Assembly (NCBI GenBank): GCA_002269645.1 | Contig: NIVC01001091.1 | Coordinates: 62,001 to 126,000 of the forward strand | Source: Macrostomum lignano | Lineage: Eukaryota | DNA: 64,000 nucleotides | Direction of reading: 5' to 3' | Part shown: positions 12,160 through 23,095 of the stretch, one piece after another | Layout: each line of letters begins with the position of its first letter | Numbering within the stretch: position 1 is the first letter of the stretch | Position numbers and translations under genes: made by a program | The notes under the pieces: model-generated | What the model saw: only the letters and a program-made list of their open reading frames with translations | The model's database searches: none | What the model was told of the DNA's origin: nothing

Positions 12160-14218
12160 TTTCTGCAACCAGTCGATCCTCGTTTTATCGGACGGCGTCC
12201 CAGCTCAGCTGACCGAGATCACCGGTCCGCCTCGCCGCTGCCGCCACTGCCGCCCACCGGCCCGTCGCCTTCGCACGGGCCCGGCGGCTGCACGCGGCTC
12301 TGCCGGCGCTCCTGCCGGGTGCAGGTGGTCGGCGCGCCGCGCGTCGGCAAAACGTCGCTGTGCGCGCAGTTTCTGTCATCTGAGAGTCACGCGCTGAGTG
12401 CGGCGGGTGAGCTGGCGGGTGCGGGGATCTGAAGGCCTCCTTCGCAACCTGGTCAGAAACAAAAACTTCATAACCCGAAACCTAATCGGAACCCGAAACT
12501 TAACAAGAACCCGAAACCTAATAAGAACCCGAAACCTAATAGGAACCTGAAACCTAACAAGAACCCGAAACCTAATAAGAACCCGAAACCTAATAAGAAC
12601 CCGAAACTTATAAGAACCCGAAACCTAATAAGAACTCGAAATCTAATAAGAACCCGAAACCTAATAAGAACCCGAAACCTAACAAGAACCCGAAACCTAA
12701 TAAGAACCCGAAACCTAATAGGAACCTGAAACCTAATAGGAACCCGAAACCTAATCGGAACCCGAAACCTAACAAGAACCCGAAACCTAATAAGAACCCG
12801 AAACCTAATAAGAACCCGAAACCTAATAAGAACCCGAAACCTAACAAGAACCCGAAACCTAACAAGAACCCGAAACCTAATAGGAACCTGAAACCTAATC
12901 GGAACCCGAAACCTAATCGGAACCCGAAACCTAACAAGAACCCGAAACCTAATAAGAACCCGAAACCTAATCGGAACCCGAAACCTAATCGGAACCCGAA
13001 ACCTAACAAGAACCCGAAACCTAATAAGAACCCGAAACCTAATAGGAACCCGAAACCTAATAGGAACCCGAAACATCGATATAATTCTAAACCAAGTAAA
13101 AACTTAAAGTATAGCTTTAGAGCTTCAAAGCTACAGCTTCAAAGAAAAATGTTTTATAGAAACATTTATAAAATCATTGATTAGCTACTGACAGTAGAAT
13201 TGTGAGTTTTTGCTTTCGCCTCTTCGCAGCCGATATGCATTAATTTTTCTAATAAACCCACAGAAGATGAGCACGCTGACGTTACGGACGGCGAATCCAA
13301 AGAGCGCTACGTTACAGTGCTGCTGGACGGCGACGAGTATCACGTGACTTTCCTGGACACCGAGGGCCCAGAACTGGTAATGTACATTCTAGTACTAGTG
13401 ACTCAGAGTTAAAGTACTTTACAATACCGATGCACTATGGCCTACCATGATTTTGCAGGGCGTGTACATCCTGGACGTTGACGCGTACATGGTAGTCTTT
13501 GCCATAGACAATAGACGCTCCTTCAACGCGGCCAAGCAAGTGCTGAACGAGCTGGTCAGCGAGGCTCGCAAAGCCTCCGCTCTGATTCTGGTGGCTAATA
13601 AAGCCGACCTGGTCAGGAACAAAGAGGTCACGCACGAAGGTGAGTGGTAGAGCTTGTTGATTCAGAAAAAATCTTATATTCTTTACAAACACTCAAGACT
13701 AGTCTCTAAACTGACTCCGGACACCCACCTCACTCCGGACACCCACCTCACTCCAGACACCCACCTCACTCCAGACACCCACCTCACTCCAGACACCCAC
13801 CTCACTCCAGACACCCACCTCACTCCAGACACCCACCTCACTCCAGACACCCACCTCACTCTATACAACCACCTCACTCCAGACGCCCACCTCAAAATCA
13901 AAGATAAAACTCACCCACTATTTGCATCCAACAGAGGCCAAGAACTTGGCCGCAGTGTACGGCGCAATGTTCATGGAGGTGTCAACGGCACTGCACCACC
14001 AGGTGGACGAGCTGTTGGTCGGCACGCTGAGTCAGATTCAAGCCCGGCAGCGCCGTATGCAGAAGGAGAAGGAGAAGCTGCTCTGCTTGGAGCGGGATGG
14101 CGGCCGGGGACTGCGGGCCTCCCTAAGGCTGCGCTCGCCAAGGCGCATGGTTGGCGCCTTCATCAAGAAGCACTTCTCATCTAGGTCGTGCGAGAACCTC
14201 GACAAGGAGACCGCTTAA
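10815..14218 (+). CDS. RGK-family (Rad/Rem/Gem/Kir) small GTPase, about 537 aa; exons 10815-11469, 12026-12406, 13264-13376, 13459-13639, 13935-14218
   Basis: GT-AG phases all consistent (1614 nt). N-terminal RVRSFRRTKRGLVNQGD motif typical of invertebrate RGKs, G1 GAPRVGKT, VTVLLDGDE, G4 NKAD, G5 EVST, C-terminal SRSCENL. The exon 2 acceptor (AAG) is the weakest junction. Confidence 0.9.
11494..11937. repeat. 11-bp minisatellite GGGATATGATA in RGK intron 1
   Basis: Seen directly. Confidence 0.95.
12470..13075. repeat. 18-bp minisatellite AACCCGAAACCTAATAAG in RGK intron 2
   Basis: Seen directly. Confidence 0.95.
13711..13892. repeat. 18-bp minisatellite CTCCAGACACCCACCTCA in RGK intron 4
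   Basis: Seen directly, about 10 copies. Confidence 0.9.
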
Positions 14219-14425
14219 ATTAATTGGCAATTTTTTTAATTCAAAGCTTGTCGCTAAATAGACTTGATCATTGAATTACTATAATTAAAGTGCTTAACAC
14301 GCTGATTTTACTGTACAAAAATGTATGACTGTGTGACTCACAGTGACTGTAGATACTAAGAAACTTGTACAAGGCAAGCAACCTAAATACATTTTATCGA
14401 TTTAAACTTGCCATGCCATCCATTT

Positions 14426-14749
14426 GTAGCCCAAACAGAGACGGGAAACTGTGTACATTTCTAGCCCAAACCGAGACGAGAAACAGTGTACATTTCTAGC
14501 CCAAACCGAGACGGGAAACAGTGTACACTTCTAGCCCAAACAGAGACGGGAAACAGTGTACACTTCTAGCCCAAACAGAGACGAGAAACAGTGTACATTT
14601 CTAGCCCAAACAGAGACGGGAAACAGTGTACATTTCTAGCCCAAACCGAGACGGGAAACAGTGTACATTTCTAGCCCAAACCGAGACGGGAAACAGTGTA
14701 AATTTCTAGCCCAAACAGAGACGGGAAACAGTGTACATTTCTTAGCCCA
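14426..14749. repeat. 35-bp minisatellite CTAGCCCAAACAGAGACGGGAAACAGTGTACATTT, about 9 copies
   Basis: Seen directly, downstream of the RGK stop. Confidence 0.95.
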
Positions 14750-15990
14750 TATTTCCATATTTAGTTTGTGCACATTTCAATCGCATTCAATTTTTTCAAA
14801 AGATCTTTAACCTAAAAATTATTCCTTAATAATAATTATAACGGTTTTTAACCTTCTCTAACAAAATATTCTGTATTTGCTGATCTCACTGAACAGATGA
14901 ACTGCAGAAATTTGCTTTACAACTTTGGCTGTTTTTAATAATATTCCATAGTTCGATAACAATATGATACTGATTGCACCAGAGGCTACCTTTTCTAATG
15001 ATGCGATTATTTGTGGTTGACAAAAAGTTTTAGTTTACGTATTAAATATTAAGTAAAGAAGTAAAGCTATCGTGAAAATTCTACCGTTCGTATTATATTG
15101 CGCACTGTAAATATTCAATTTTGTTGTTTTCTATTGTTCTTGTTTATTCAGAAAAGCAAGACAGTTTTTTTGCAAAAATAAAAACCCGGAAAATTTTGAA
15201 CTATTTGCATTGTCTGCTGATTTTGTTGAAATTAAAAGCTTCTTCAAATGCCTTTACACTGCCCCAAATTGCTCCAAATTATATTAGCGCAGGGCAGTCG
15301 GGCCGCACATCTCTTCCTCCAAATTGCAATTTCATCGACCTTGCTCTCGTGAGCCATCTTTTTTGGGCAATCACTTTTTAATCCACTCTCTTGTTCTCAG
15401 GGCTTTGTCTTCCGGCTTTGTTTCCCCGAGAATCACGAGCCATCCGCGAACAATAGATCCGTGGGTGGGGGGTTGCCGAGCCAACTGGTATCCAAACCTT
15501 TCATTTGATGCTTTTTGTAGCCTAGTCGCTGTTTTGCCTTGGCGTCTTGGTGACCGTTTCCTCTCCAGCCTCTCCCAGCCAGCCTAGGCCGGATCGGGTT
15601 GGTGTAAGAGATTTTTGTGGAGTCGAAAGTGCCTTATTGTAGCTCTGGAATGGTTCGATTGAATCTGTTTGCTAAGGCTGGGGCCACAGGCAGATGCTAA
15701 TCTCCTGCTTCTCAGTGTCCCCGCTGCTGTGGAGGAGGAAAGCGAAAAATCCCGTCCGGAAATATCCCATCTCTCACAGTCGGGAGCTCAATGCAGATAT
15801 TGCAATCCGCTCCCACTGGCTGACTATCCCTGTGTCAGGGACATTTTCAGCTGTCCGTGACATTTTCATTCGGATTCCGCTGCCGCTGATCTGGGAACTG
15901 GATATAGATCAGGGCTGAGTGTTTGCCGAACAAATTACATGCTGTGCTCAATGTATGCTGCTGAGTCTGCAATATGAATGCGGAATTTGC

Positions 15991-16032
15991 CAGTCAGTCA
16001 GTCAGTCAGTCAGTCAGTCAGTCAGTCAGTCA

Positions 16033-16083
<51 letters not shown>

Positions 16084-16946
16084 AGTCAGTCAGTCAGTCA
16101 GTCAGTCAGTCAGTCAGTCAGTCAGTCAGTCAGTCAGTCAGTCAGTCAGTCAGTCAGTCAGTCAGTCAGTCAGTCAGTCAGTCAGTCAGTCAGTCAGTCA
16201 GTCAGTCAGTCAGTCAGTCAGTCAGTCAGTCAGTCAGTCAGTCAGTCAGTCAGTCAGTCAGTCAGTCAGTCAGTCAGTCAGTCAGTCAGTCAGTCAGTCA
16301 GTCAGTCAGTCAGTCAGTCAGTCAGTCAGTCAGTCAGTCAGTCAGTCAGTCAGTCAGTCAGTCAGTCAGTCAGTCAGTCAGTCAGTCAGTCAGTCAGTCA
16401 GTCAGTCAGTCAGTCAGTCAGTCAGTCAGTCAGTCAGTCAGTCAGTCAGTCAGTCAGTCAGTCAGTCAGTCAGTCAGTCAGTCAGTCAGTCAGTCAGTCA
16501 GTCAGTCAGTCAGTCAGTCAGTCAGTCAGTCAGTCAGTCAGTCAGTCAGTCAGTCAGTCAGTCAGTCAGTCAGTCAGTCAGTCAGTCAGTCAGTCAGTCA
16601 GTCAGTCAGTCAGTCAGTCAGTCAGTCAGTCAGTCAGTCAGTCAGTCAGTCAGTCAGTCAGTCAGTCAGTCAGTCAGTCAGTCAGTCAGTCAGTCAGTCA
16701 GTCAGTCAGTCAGTCAGTCAGTCAGTCAGTCAGTCAGTCAGTCAGTCAGTCAGTCAGTCAGTCAGTCAGTCAGTCAGTCAGTCAGTCAGTCAGTCAGTCA
16801 GTCAGTCAGTCAGTCAGTCAGTCAGTCAGTCAGTCAGTCAGTCAGTCAGTCAGTCAGTCAGTCAGTCAGTCAGTCAGTCAGTCAGTCAGTCAGTCAGTCA
16901 GTCAGTCAGTCAGTCAGTCAGTCAGTCAGTCAGTCAGTCAGTCAGT
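15991..16946. repeat. (CAGT)n microsatellite, about 239 units
   Basis: Seen directly; one variant unit (AAGT at 16059). Confidence 0.99.
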
Positions 16947-18110
16947 TTTGAGTATTTAAGCAGTATTTGCTTACAGTAAATTTAACTACCATCTGCGCAC
17001 CCAAAGTTTGCCCACAATTCATTAGTTGTACTTATTTAGCTGGGCTCAATCTGTTTATTTCTGTCCTCTGGGTTTAGTCCCGCTCTCTCAGTGTCTCTGC
17101 CTCAAATCAATACAGTCCCGTGGCAAGCAAGCGCGGAGCTGACAAGCTGAGCACAGCTGAGCTGAGGTCTCGCCAACTCGCCTAAAGCAGCTGAGTCGTG
17201 ATTAGGTAGTGCGAGGCGCGCACATTACAGAAAGGGCCATTAGCGGTCTCGGGTTTCCTTGCGGCTGATGGGATTGGGATTTTAACAGCTCCAAAAGCAG
17301 CAACAATCAACCATTTTCCAGACTCAGAGCCGGCCTGCTAGCTCTCTGGAAACAAGAAGCTATTTTCTCTCCTGCATTCTTTCTTTTAAAGACAACGCCA
17401 GGAAACTGCTGCAGCAGCAGCAGTAGCAATAGAAGCAGCAGTGCGAAAGGTTTCCAGCCAGAAGCAGAGAGTCAGGCAAGCGGAGAGCAGTTGGATACAG
17501 AATTTAGCCAGCTTCCTGACTGCATGTTTCAGTCTGTATAGTGAAACTGCCGGCTTGAGTGGTCATGCATGACACTGGGATGAGGACTCGACCCCCCTGT
17601 AGAACTACTTTATCCTCAGTCGGCACGTGTAACGAGCTCTGTCGTCGGGAAGAGTTCCTCAAAAACTGGTCTTACTATCACTCCCCGCTTCCCGGCTACC
17701 CTGCATCGACTATGCAGGTCCAACCTTCCTTCTCTCTTTCTCCTCTTTCAATAGCTCCTCACCCTTCCGTCCGTCTTCTGCTGTGCGCCCAGTCCCTTCC
17801 AAACTGCCGCACGCTCTTCATCGGGAAAATTCTATTTTTCACCGCGTTTCCCGAACGGCGTCTGGTTTGCCTGGCTGGGGAGGGGGGCGGCGGTGGGGAG
17901 AGGACTGCCGGGGCAAGGTACTTGCAAAAGGCCGAGGTCCGGATCGCGTATTTTGAGCAAGGCGGTCTAGCGACAAATACCAGAAACTTTTCTGTCTGAG
18001 CAGAGGAAATTGGAAAGCAATCAGCGCTACTGAGCACCTTTGAAATTCAGCAGTGGGAGCAGAAGCAGCAGCAGTAGAAGCAGAAGAAGAAGCAGGAGCA
18101 GAAGACCCAA

Positions 18111-19361
18111 ATGCTTCGAATACCCCGGATAAACCGAGTGGTGCCGCGGCCGGTTGTCCGCTTCGTCTGCCTGCTGGCCGCCGCCGCCGCCGTCCGCCTG
18201 CTGCTGGTCGATCGGCTGCCCTGGGCGAAGCTGTTGCCACTGCCGCCAGAGTCGGGCCAAACGCAGCAGCAGCTGTTGAATCTGTCGACGAAGTCATCCC
18301 TGCCGCAGTCAACGCAGCAGCGTCAGCAGCTTGAGCCGCTGCCCCGCCTGATCCACGTGACGGCGCACAACGAGATGCTCCGCGTCGAGTACCGGCCGGT
18401 GCTGCGCCAGTGGATGCTCGCCCAGCCCGAGCTGCAGCTCCGGCTCTGGCGCGACGTCGACGCTGACTGCCTCCTTCGGCTGAGCTACCCGGATCTGCTC
18501 AGCGGCTACCGGACCAGCCTGCAGACTCCGCTGGAGCGCTCCGACCTGATTCGCATCTTGGCCCTGCACAGCATGGGCGGCATGTACCTGGACCTGGACA
18601 CCGAGCCAGTGAGGAACATCAGCCACCTGTTCAGCAGCCCGCTGGCCGGCGCCATGATCGCCCTGGAGCCCGAGGAGCACGCCGTGCTGCTGTACAACCG
18701 GCCCAGCCTGCTGTCAAACGCGGTGATGCTGTCAGCGCCGAGGCATCCGTTTTATCTGTTCTACGCGGGACACATATTTGACAATTTGAGCAAGCAGCAG
18801 CAGCTGCAGCAGGGGCGGCGGCGGCTGGTGAGGCGTCTCAGGCGGAGGAACAATTACGCGGCGCCGCAGATCACTGGCCCGCTGGTGCTGCAGTCTGCCT
18901 ACGAGGCCTACGCGGCCAGGGAGCACTGCAAGGCCGACGAGGATCCGCAGCGCTGCCAGGTGTACCTGTTCGAGCCGGAGGTGTTCAGCCCGCGCTTCGA
19001 CCTCAGCCAGCGGTCCAACTTCCGGAAGACCTGTATGCGCTGGCGTCGGCGCCTTCAACAGCAGCGGCGACGGCGCCAGCAGGTGACCAGCAGCGCCATG
19101 GACGAGCGCAAAACCGCCGTGTGCAAACGGCTGGCCGCTCGCGGCTTCACAGTCGGCTCCAACTCGAATGCCACTCTGGCTGTGCACCTGTTCCGCCACC
19201 TGACAACCTCAGGCGGTGGTGGCAAGCAGTCTCGGGGTCGGCTGAAGAAGCCGAAGCCGCCGGCTCGCCAGCAGGAGACGGTGTTCAACGCCACCGTCGA
19301 GTTTCCCCGGATGCTGATGCTCGCCCGCGAGCTGGGGTCCAAGTGCCGCGGGCCGGCGTAG
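18111..19361 (+). CDS. Intronless type II membrane glycosyltransferase, GT32 / DXD sugar-binding family, 416 aa
   Basis: N-terminal hydrophobic anchor (VVRFVCLLAAAAAVRLLLV), PRLIHVT, RSDLIRILALHSMGGMYLDLD (DXD), SNAVMLSAPRHPF and ITGP motifs; GC-rich coding-like composition. Confidence 0.9.
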   Translation: MLRIPRINRVVPRPVVRFVCLLAAAAAVRLLLVDRLPWAKLLPLPPESGQTQQQLLNLSTKSSLPQSTQQRQQLEPLPRLIHVTAHNEMLRVEYRPVLRQWMLAQPELQLRLWRDVDADCLLRLSYPDLLSGYRTSLQTPLERSDLIRILALHSMGGMYLDLDTEPVRNISHLFSSPLAGAMIALEPEEHAVLLYNRPSLLSNAVMLSAPRHPFYLFYAGHIFDNLSKQQQLQQGRRRLVRRLRRRNNYAAPQITGPLVLQSAYEAYAAREHCKADEDPQRCQVYLFEPEVFSPRFDLSQRSNFRKTCMRWRRRLQQQRRRRQQVTSSAMDERKTAVCKRLAARGFTVGSNSNATLAVHLFRHLTTSGGGGKQSRGRLKKPKPPARQQETVFNATVEFPRMLMLARELGSKCRGPA

Positions 19362-19512
19362 CGGTGACTGGAAAGGATTTTCGAATCCCCTCGGGCCAGT
19401 GTGGCCCGGTTCGTATTGTAAGCGGCCGCAACACGCGACAGTCCCTGCGATTAAATCTAGATAGAAACTCCTCACAGATAATCTGCATATGCTTTCCATC
19501 CCTACCTCTTTC

Positions 19513-19975
19513 TAGCTCTAATCTATCTCTAATCTATCTCTTATCTATCTCTAATCTATCTCTAATCTATCTCTAATCTATCTCTTATCTATCTCTTATC
19601 TATCTCTCATCTATCTCTCATCTATCTCTCATTCATCTCTCATCTATCTCTCATTCATCTCTCATCTATCTCTCATTCATCTCTTATCTATCTCTTATTA
19701 ATCTCTCATCTGTCTCATCCATTTCTAATTTATCTCTAATCTATGTTTTCTATCCCTGTCTTTTTTCTAGCTCTCATCCTCATCTTTTATCTCATCTCTT
19801 ATCACCATCATCCATCTCTCTATCTATCTCTCATCTATCTCTGATCCATCTCTGTCACCTGTCTCTCATCTATCTCTCATCTATCTCTCATTCATCTCTC
19901 ATCTATCTCTAACCTATCTCTAATATCTCTCTTTTCTATCTCTCCTCTATCTCAGTTACCTTATCCATCTCTTAT
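19513..19975. repeat. Degenerate pyrimidine-rich TCTCATCTATC-like array
   Basis: Seen directly. Confidence 0.85.
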
Positions 19976-20774
19976 CTACAGTGTATCTCTCATCCATCTT
20001 TCCTCCATCTCGCCAATGCAGTCGAATTGTTGCACCTTGGCATTATCAAGTCTCGCAAATAAATAATTCTGCCCCAGACACCCGGAGTCTCAAAGTTTCC
20101 ACTCTAACCTGCTTGCCAATGTCTCAGCCTGATCAATACCGTCCACTTCGTAATCTACAAATCTGAACTTCGGTTTCTGTTTGCTGCTCTTTTGGCAGTA
20201 TTTAATTGTGATGACCTCGGCATACAGTAGTACGCTCGTAATAAGCAGGACAACTGCGCTGTGCATTCAAATCAAATACAATGTGTGCTGATAGACTGTA
20301 TTTCACTTTTATCGTCATCTTCTTTATTCGGCATTCCAAATTTGGAAGGTGATCTAAGCCTGCCTGTATAGATAATGACGGGCTGATGGCAACGTTATAT
20401 ATAGCATGCTTCAGTGGGCTTGGCCCGGGAAACTTCAGGGCGTGTATAAGGGATCAAATAATTAATGGGGCTGCAGCAGTCCCGCCTTCCTGCTGCTCGC
20501 ATACGGAGCCGCCCCTGGAAAAGAAATTGCCTAGAAAGACTTGTGATTTACTGACTCTGTGCTCTGCTGCTGATCTGCGATGGCTGTGTCTCAGCTTAGC
20601 GATTCGCGCAGTTTGAGAGTATGAGAAGATTCATTTAATACCTGACACACTTGCTGCATCTTTAACTTTTCTGCACCAGTTTTTTTAGGAATTTGAAACC
20701 TTTTTCAGAATTTACAAGTTCAGAAAATACAAATACTAGCTTGTAATAATAGCATGCTTCAGAACAGACTTTAG

Positions 20775-21224
<450 letters not shown>

Positions 21225-23095
21225 TGGTGTTGTTTAATTTTTGAAAAACACTTTGTAGGCTAACAAACTCGTAAATTAACGTAAATATACCCTACGTAAA
21301 GTAAAGTAACGTTAAGTAACGTTTATTTACCTAAAATCACGTTAATCAACCTTCAGGCTATTAGGTAATTAACCGCCCCAATACTAACCCTCGTTTTCAA
21401 CGGGTTAAAATTAGTCACCAGCTGCTACTCAAAGAATGGAGAAGTCAGGTTTCTATTTCTCCGCATGATAGACTTAGCAAATTAAGGAAATTGGGAAAAT
21501 TAGGAAATTTAGGTGAGTCAATATGCACAGTCAATACTCGGATACGCCATAGCCACTCATGACTATTCATTAGAAGAAATGGAGTTTGCTCTGCTCCGAG
21601 CGGTGTGAAGCTCCAGTTTCTAATAGATTTTAATGAATAGCTGATAGAGTAAACAGATCGTAACTGCGTGAGGCGGCTTTCATTCCCAACAATAATTGTA
21701 CCACCTGATTGTACTCCCTTTATTCTTAGTTCGGCTACTTACAGTAGACGGCAATGCTTCTGACGTGTTTTATTTAATTTCCCCCTTTTATTCGAGCAGT
21801 TTCTTTCGTTAAAAAAAATTAACGCCACTAAGTGGGTTGTTAAGCATTTTGAATGATAATCAGTTGACTGCAGACCGTAGAATTAGTTTTACTGGGAAAA
21901 ATACAGACAGCAGGAGCTCATTGCCAACATGCGGAGCTGACTCTTCACTTCTCGCAAATCTATTTCGCGGAATTTAGGAAATTTAAAACAGTGAAATTAG
22001 CATCAGAAAGTTTAAAGACTACTCAAGTAGAAGGGCGGGGAACTATACGTTGAAGATAGGAAGTTTTCATATTTTCAGCACAAAAATTGTTATTGCTTTC
22101 GATAGGAGGCAGACCCAATGTTCATCCCTTGATACGCTGTGCCTGTCTTATAGCTTTATTGGTATTCATAAAGCTGTTGCTTCAGAAAATTTGGACTCTG
22201 TGTTGATTTTCGATTCTACGCACATTGTCTGTACCTAAAAATCATTAAAATGCATGGCACAGCTCCAATCTTTGGTGTTATGAATCTATTTCATCATCTC
22301 TGTTACACATATTGGTGCACAATCAGCTGAGAATGACAAAATAGATTCTTAAAACCAAGGAGCCGAGCCGTGCCATTTTAATTAAGGGCTTTTAGGCACA
22401 TGACATGTTTAATTGTACATGCATGTAGGAATAGGATAAAAAATTAACATAAAATCCCAATTTTCCAAACAAAAAGCTCGATGAATATCGAGCTATAAGA
22501 AAGGCACAGCATATCAAAAGATGAACAATGGGTCTGCCTCCCATCGAAAGAAATAACATTTGGGCTGAAAAAATGAAAACTTCTTATCTCCGCAGTTCCG
22601 GTAAAACCTGCCTTCTAAAATTTTCCTAGAAACGTTGGTTTCCCGTTCTTCCACTTGAGTAGTTCTTGAGTAGTCACATGAGAAAGTTATGCGACAAAAT
22701 TGTAAAGTAACGTTGCTGGTTGGAAAGCTGAAAGTTCTACTGTAAATTCTACATTGAATTACAAAAAAGTTGAGACAAATAAAAATCAGTTCGTTCTACT
22801 TGTAAGTAGTGCGAGACGACAGTGGAAAAAGAGGTTTTAAGATTTAAAAAATCACACTCCTAACTAACTTTGTAGTTTTAACTTGGCCAATTATATTTAC
22901 CTAACCCCGGATAGCTTAATCTATGTACTTTTATATTACAATGTAAAAGGGCAGCCGAATGTTAATACGAAAATCCCCGTTTATATTAGTGTTAATAATG
23001 TAGTTTTAATTATTAACATTGAATTAATTATTTTGTCAGTCGGAATCGATCGCTTAACCTCTCTGCTCAGTCGAGTCCTGCTTGACGACAAACTC

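Noticed and set aside
15919-16979. 346-aa and 333-aa SQSV ORFs
   Set aside because: Translation of (CAGT)n.
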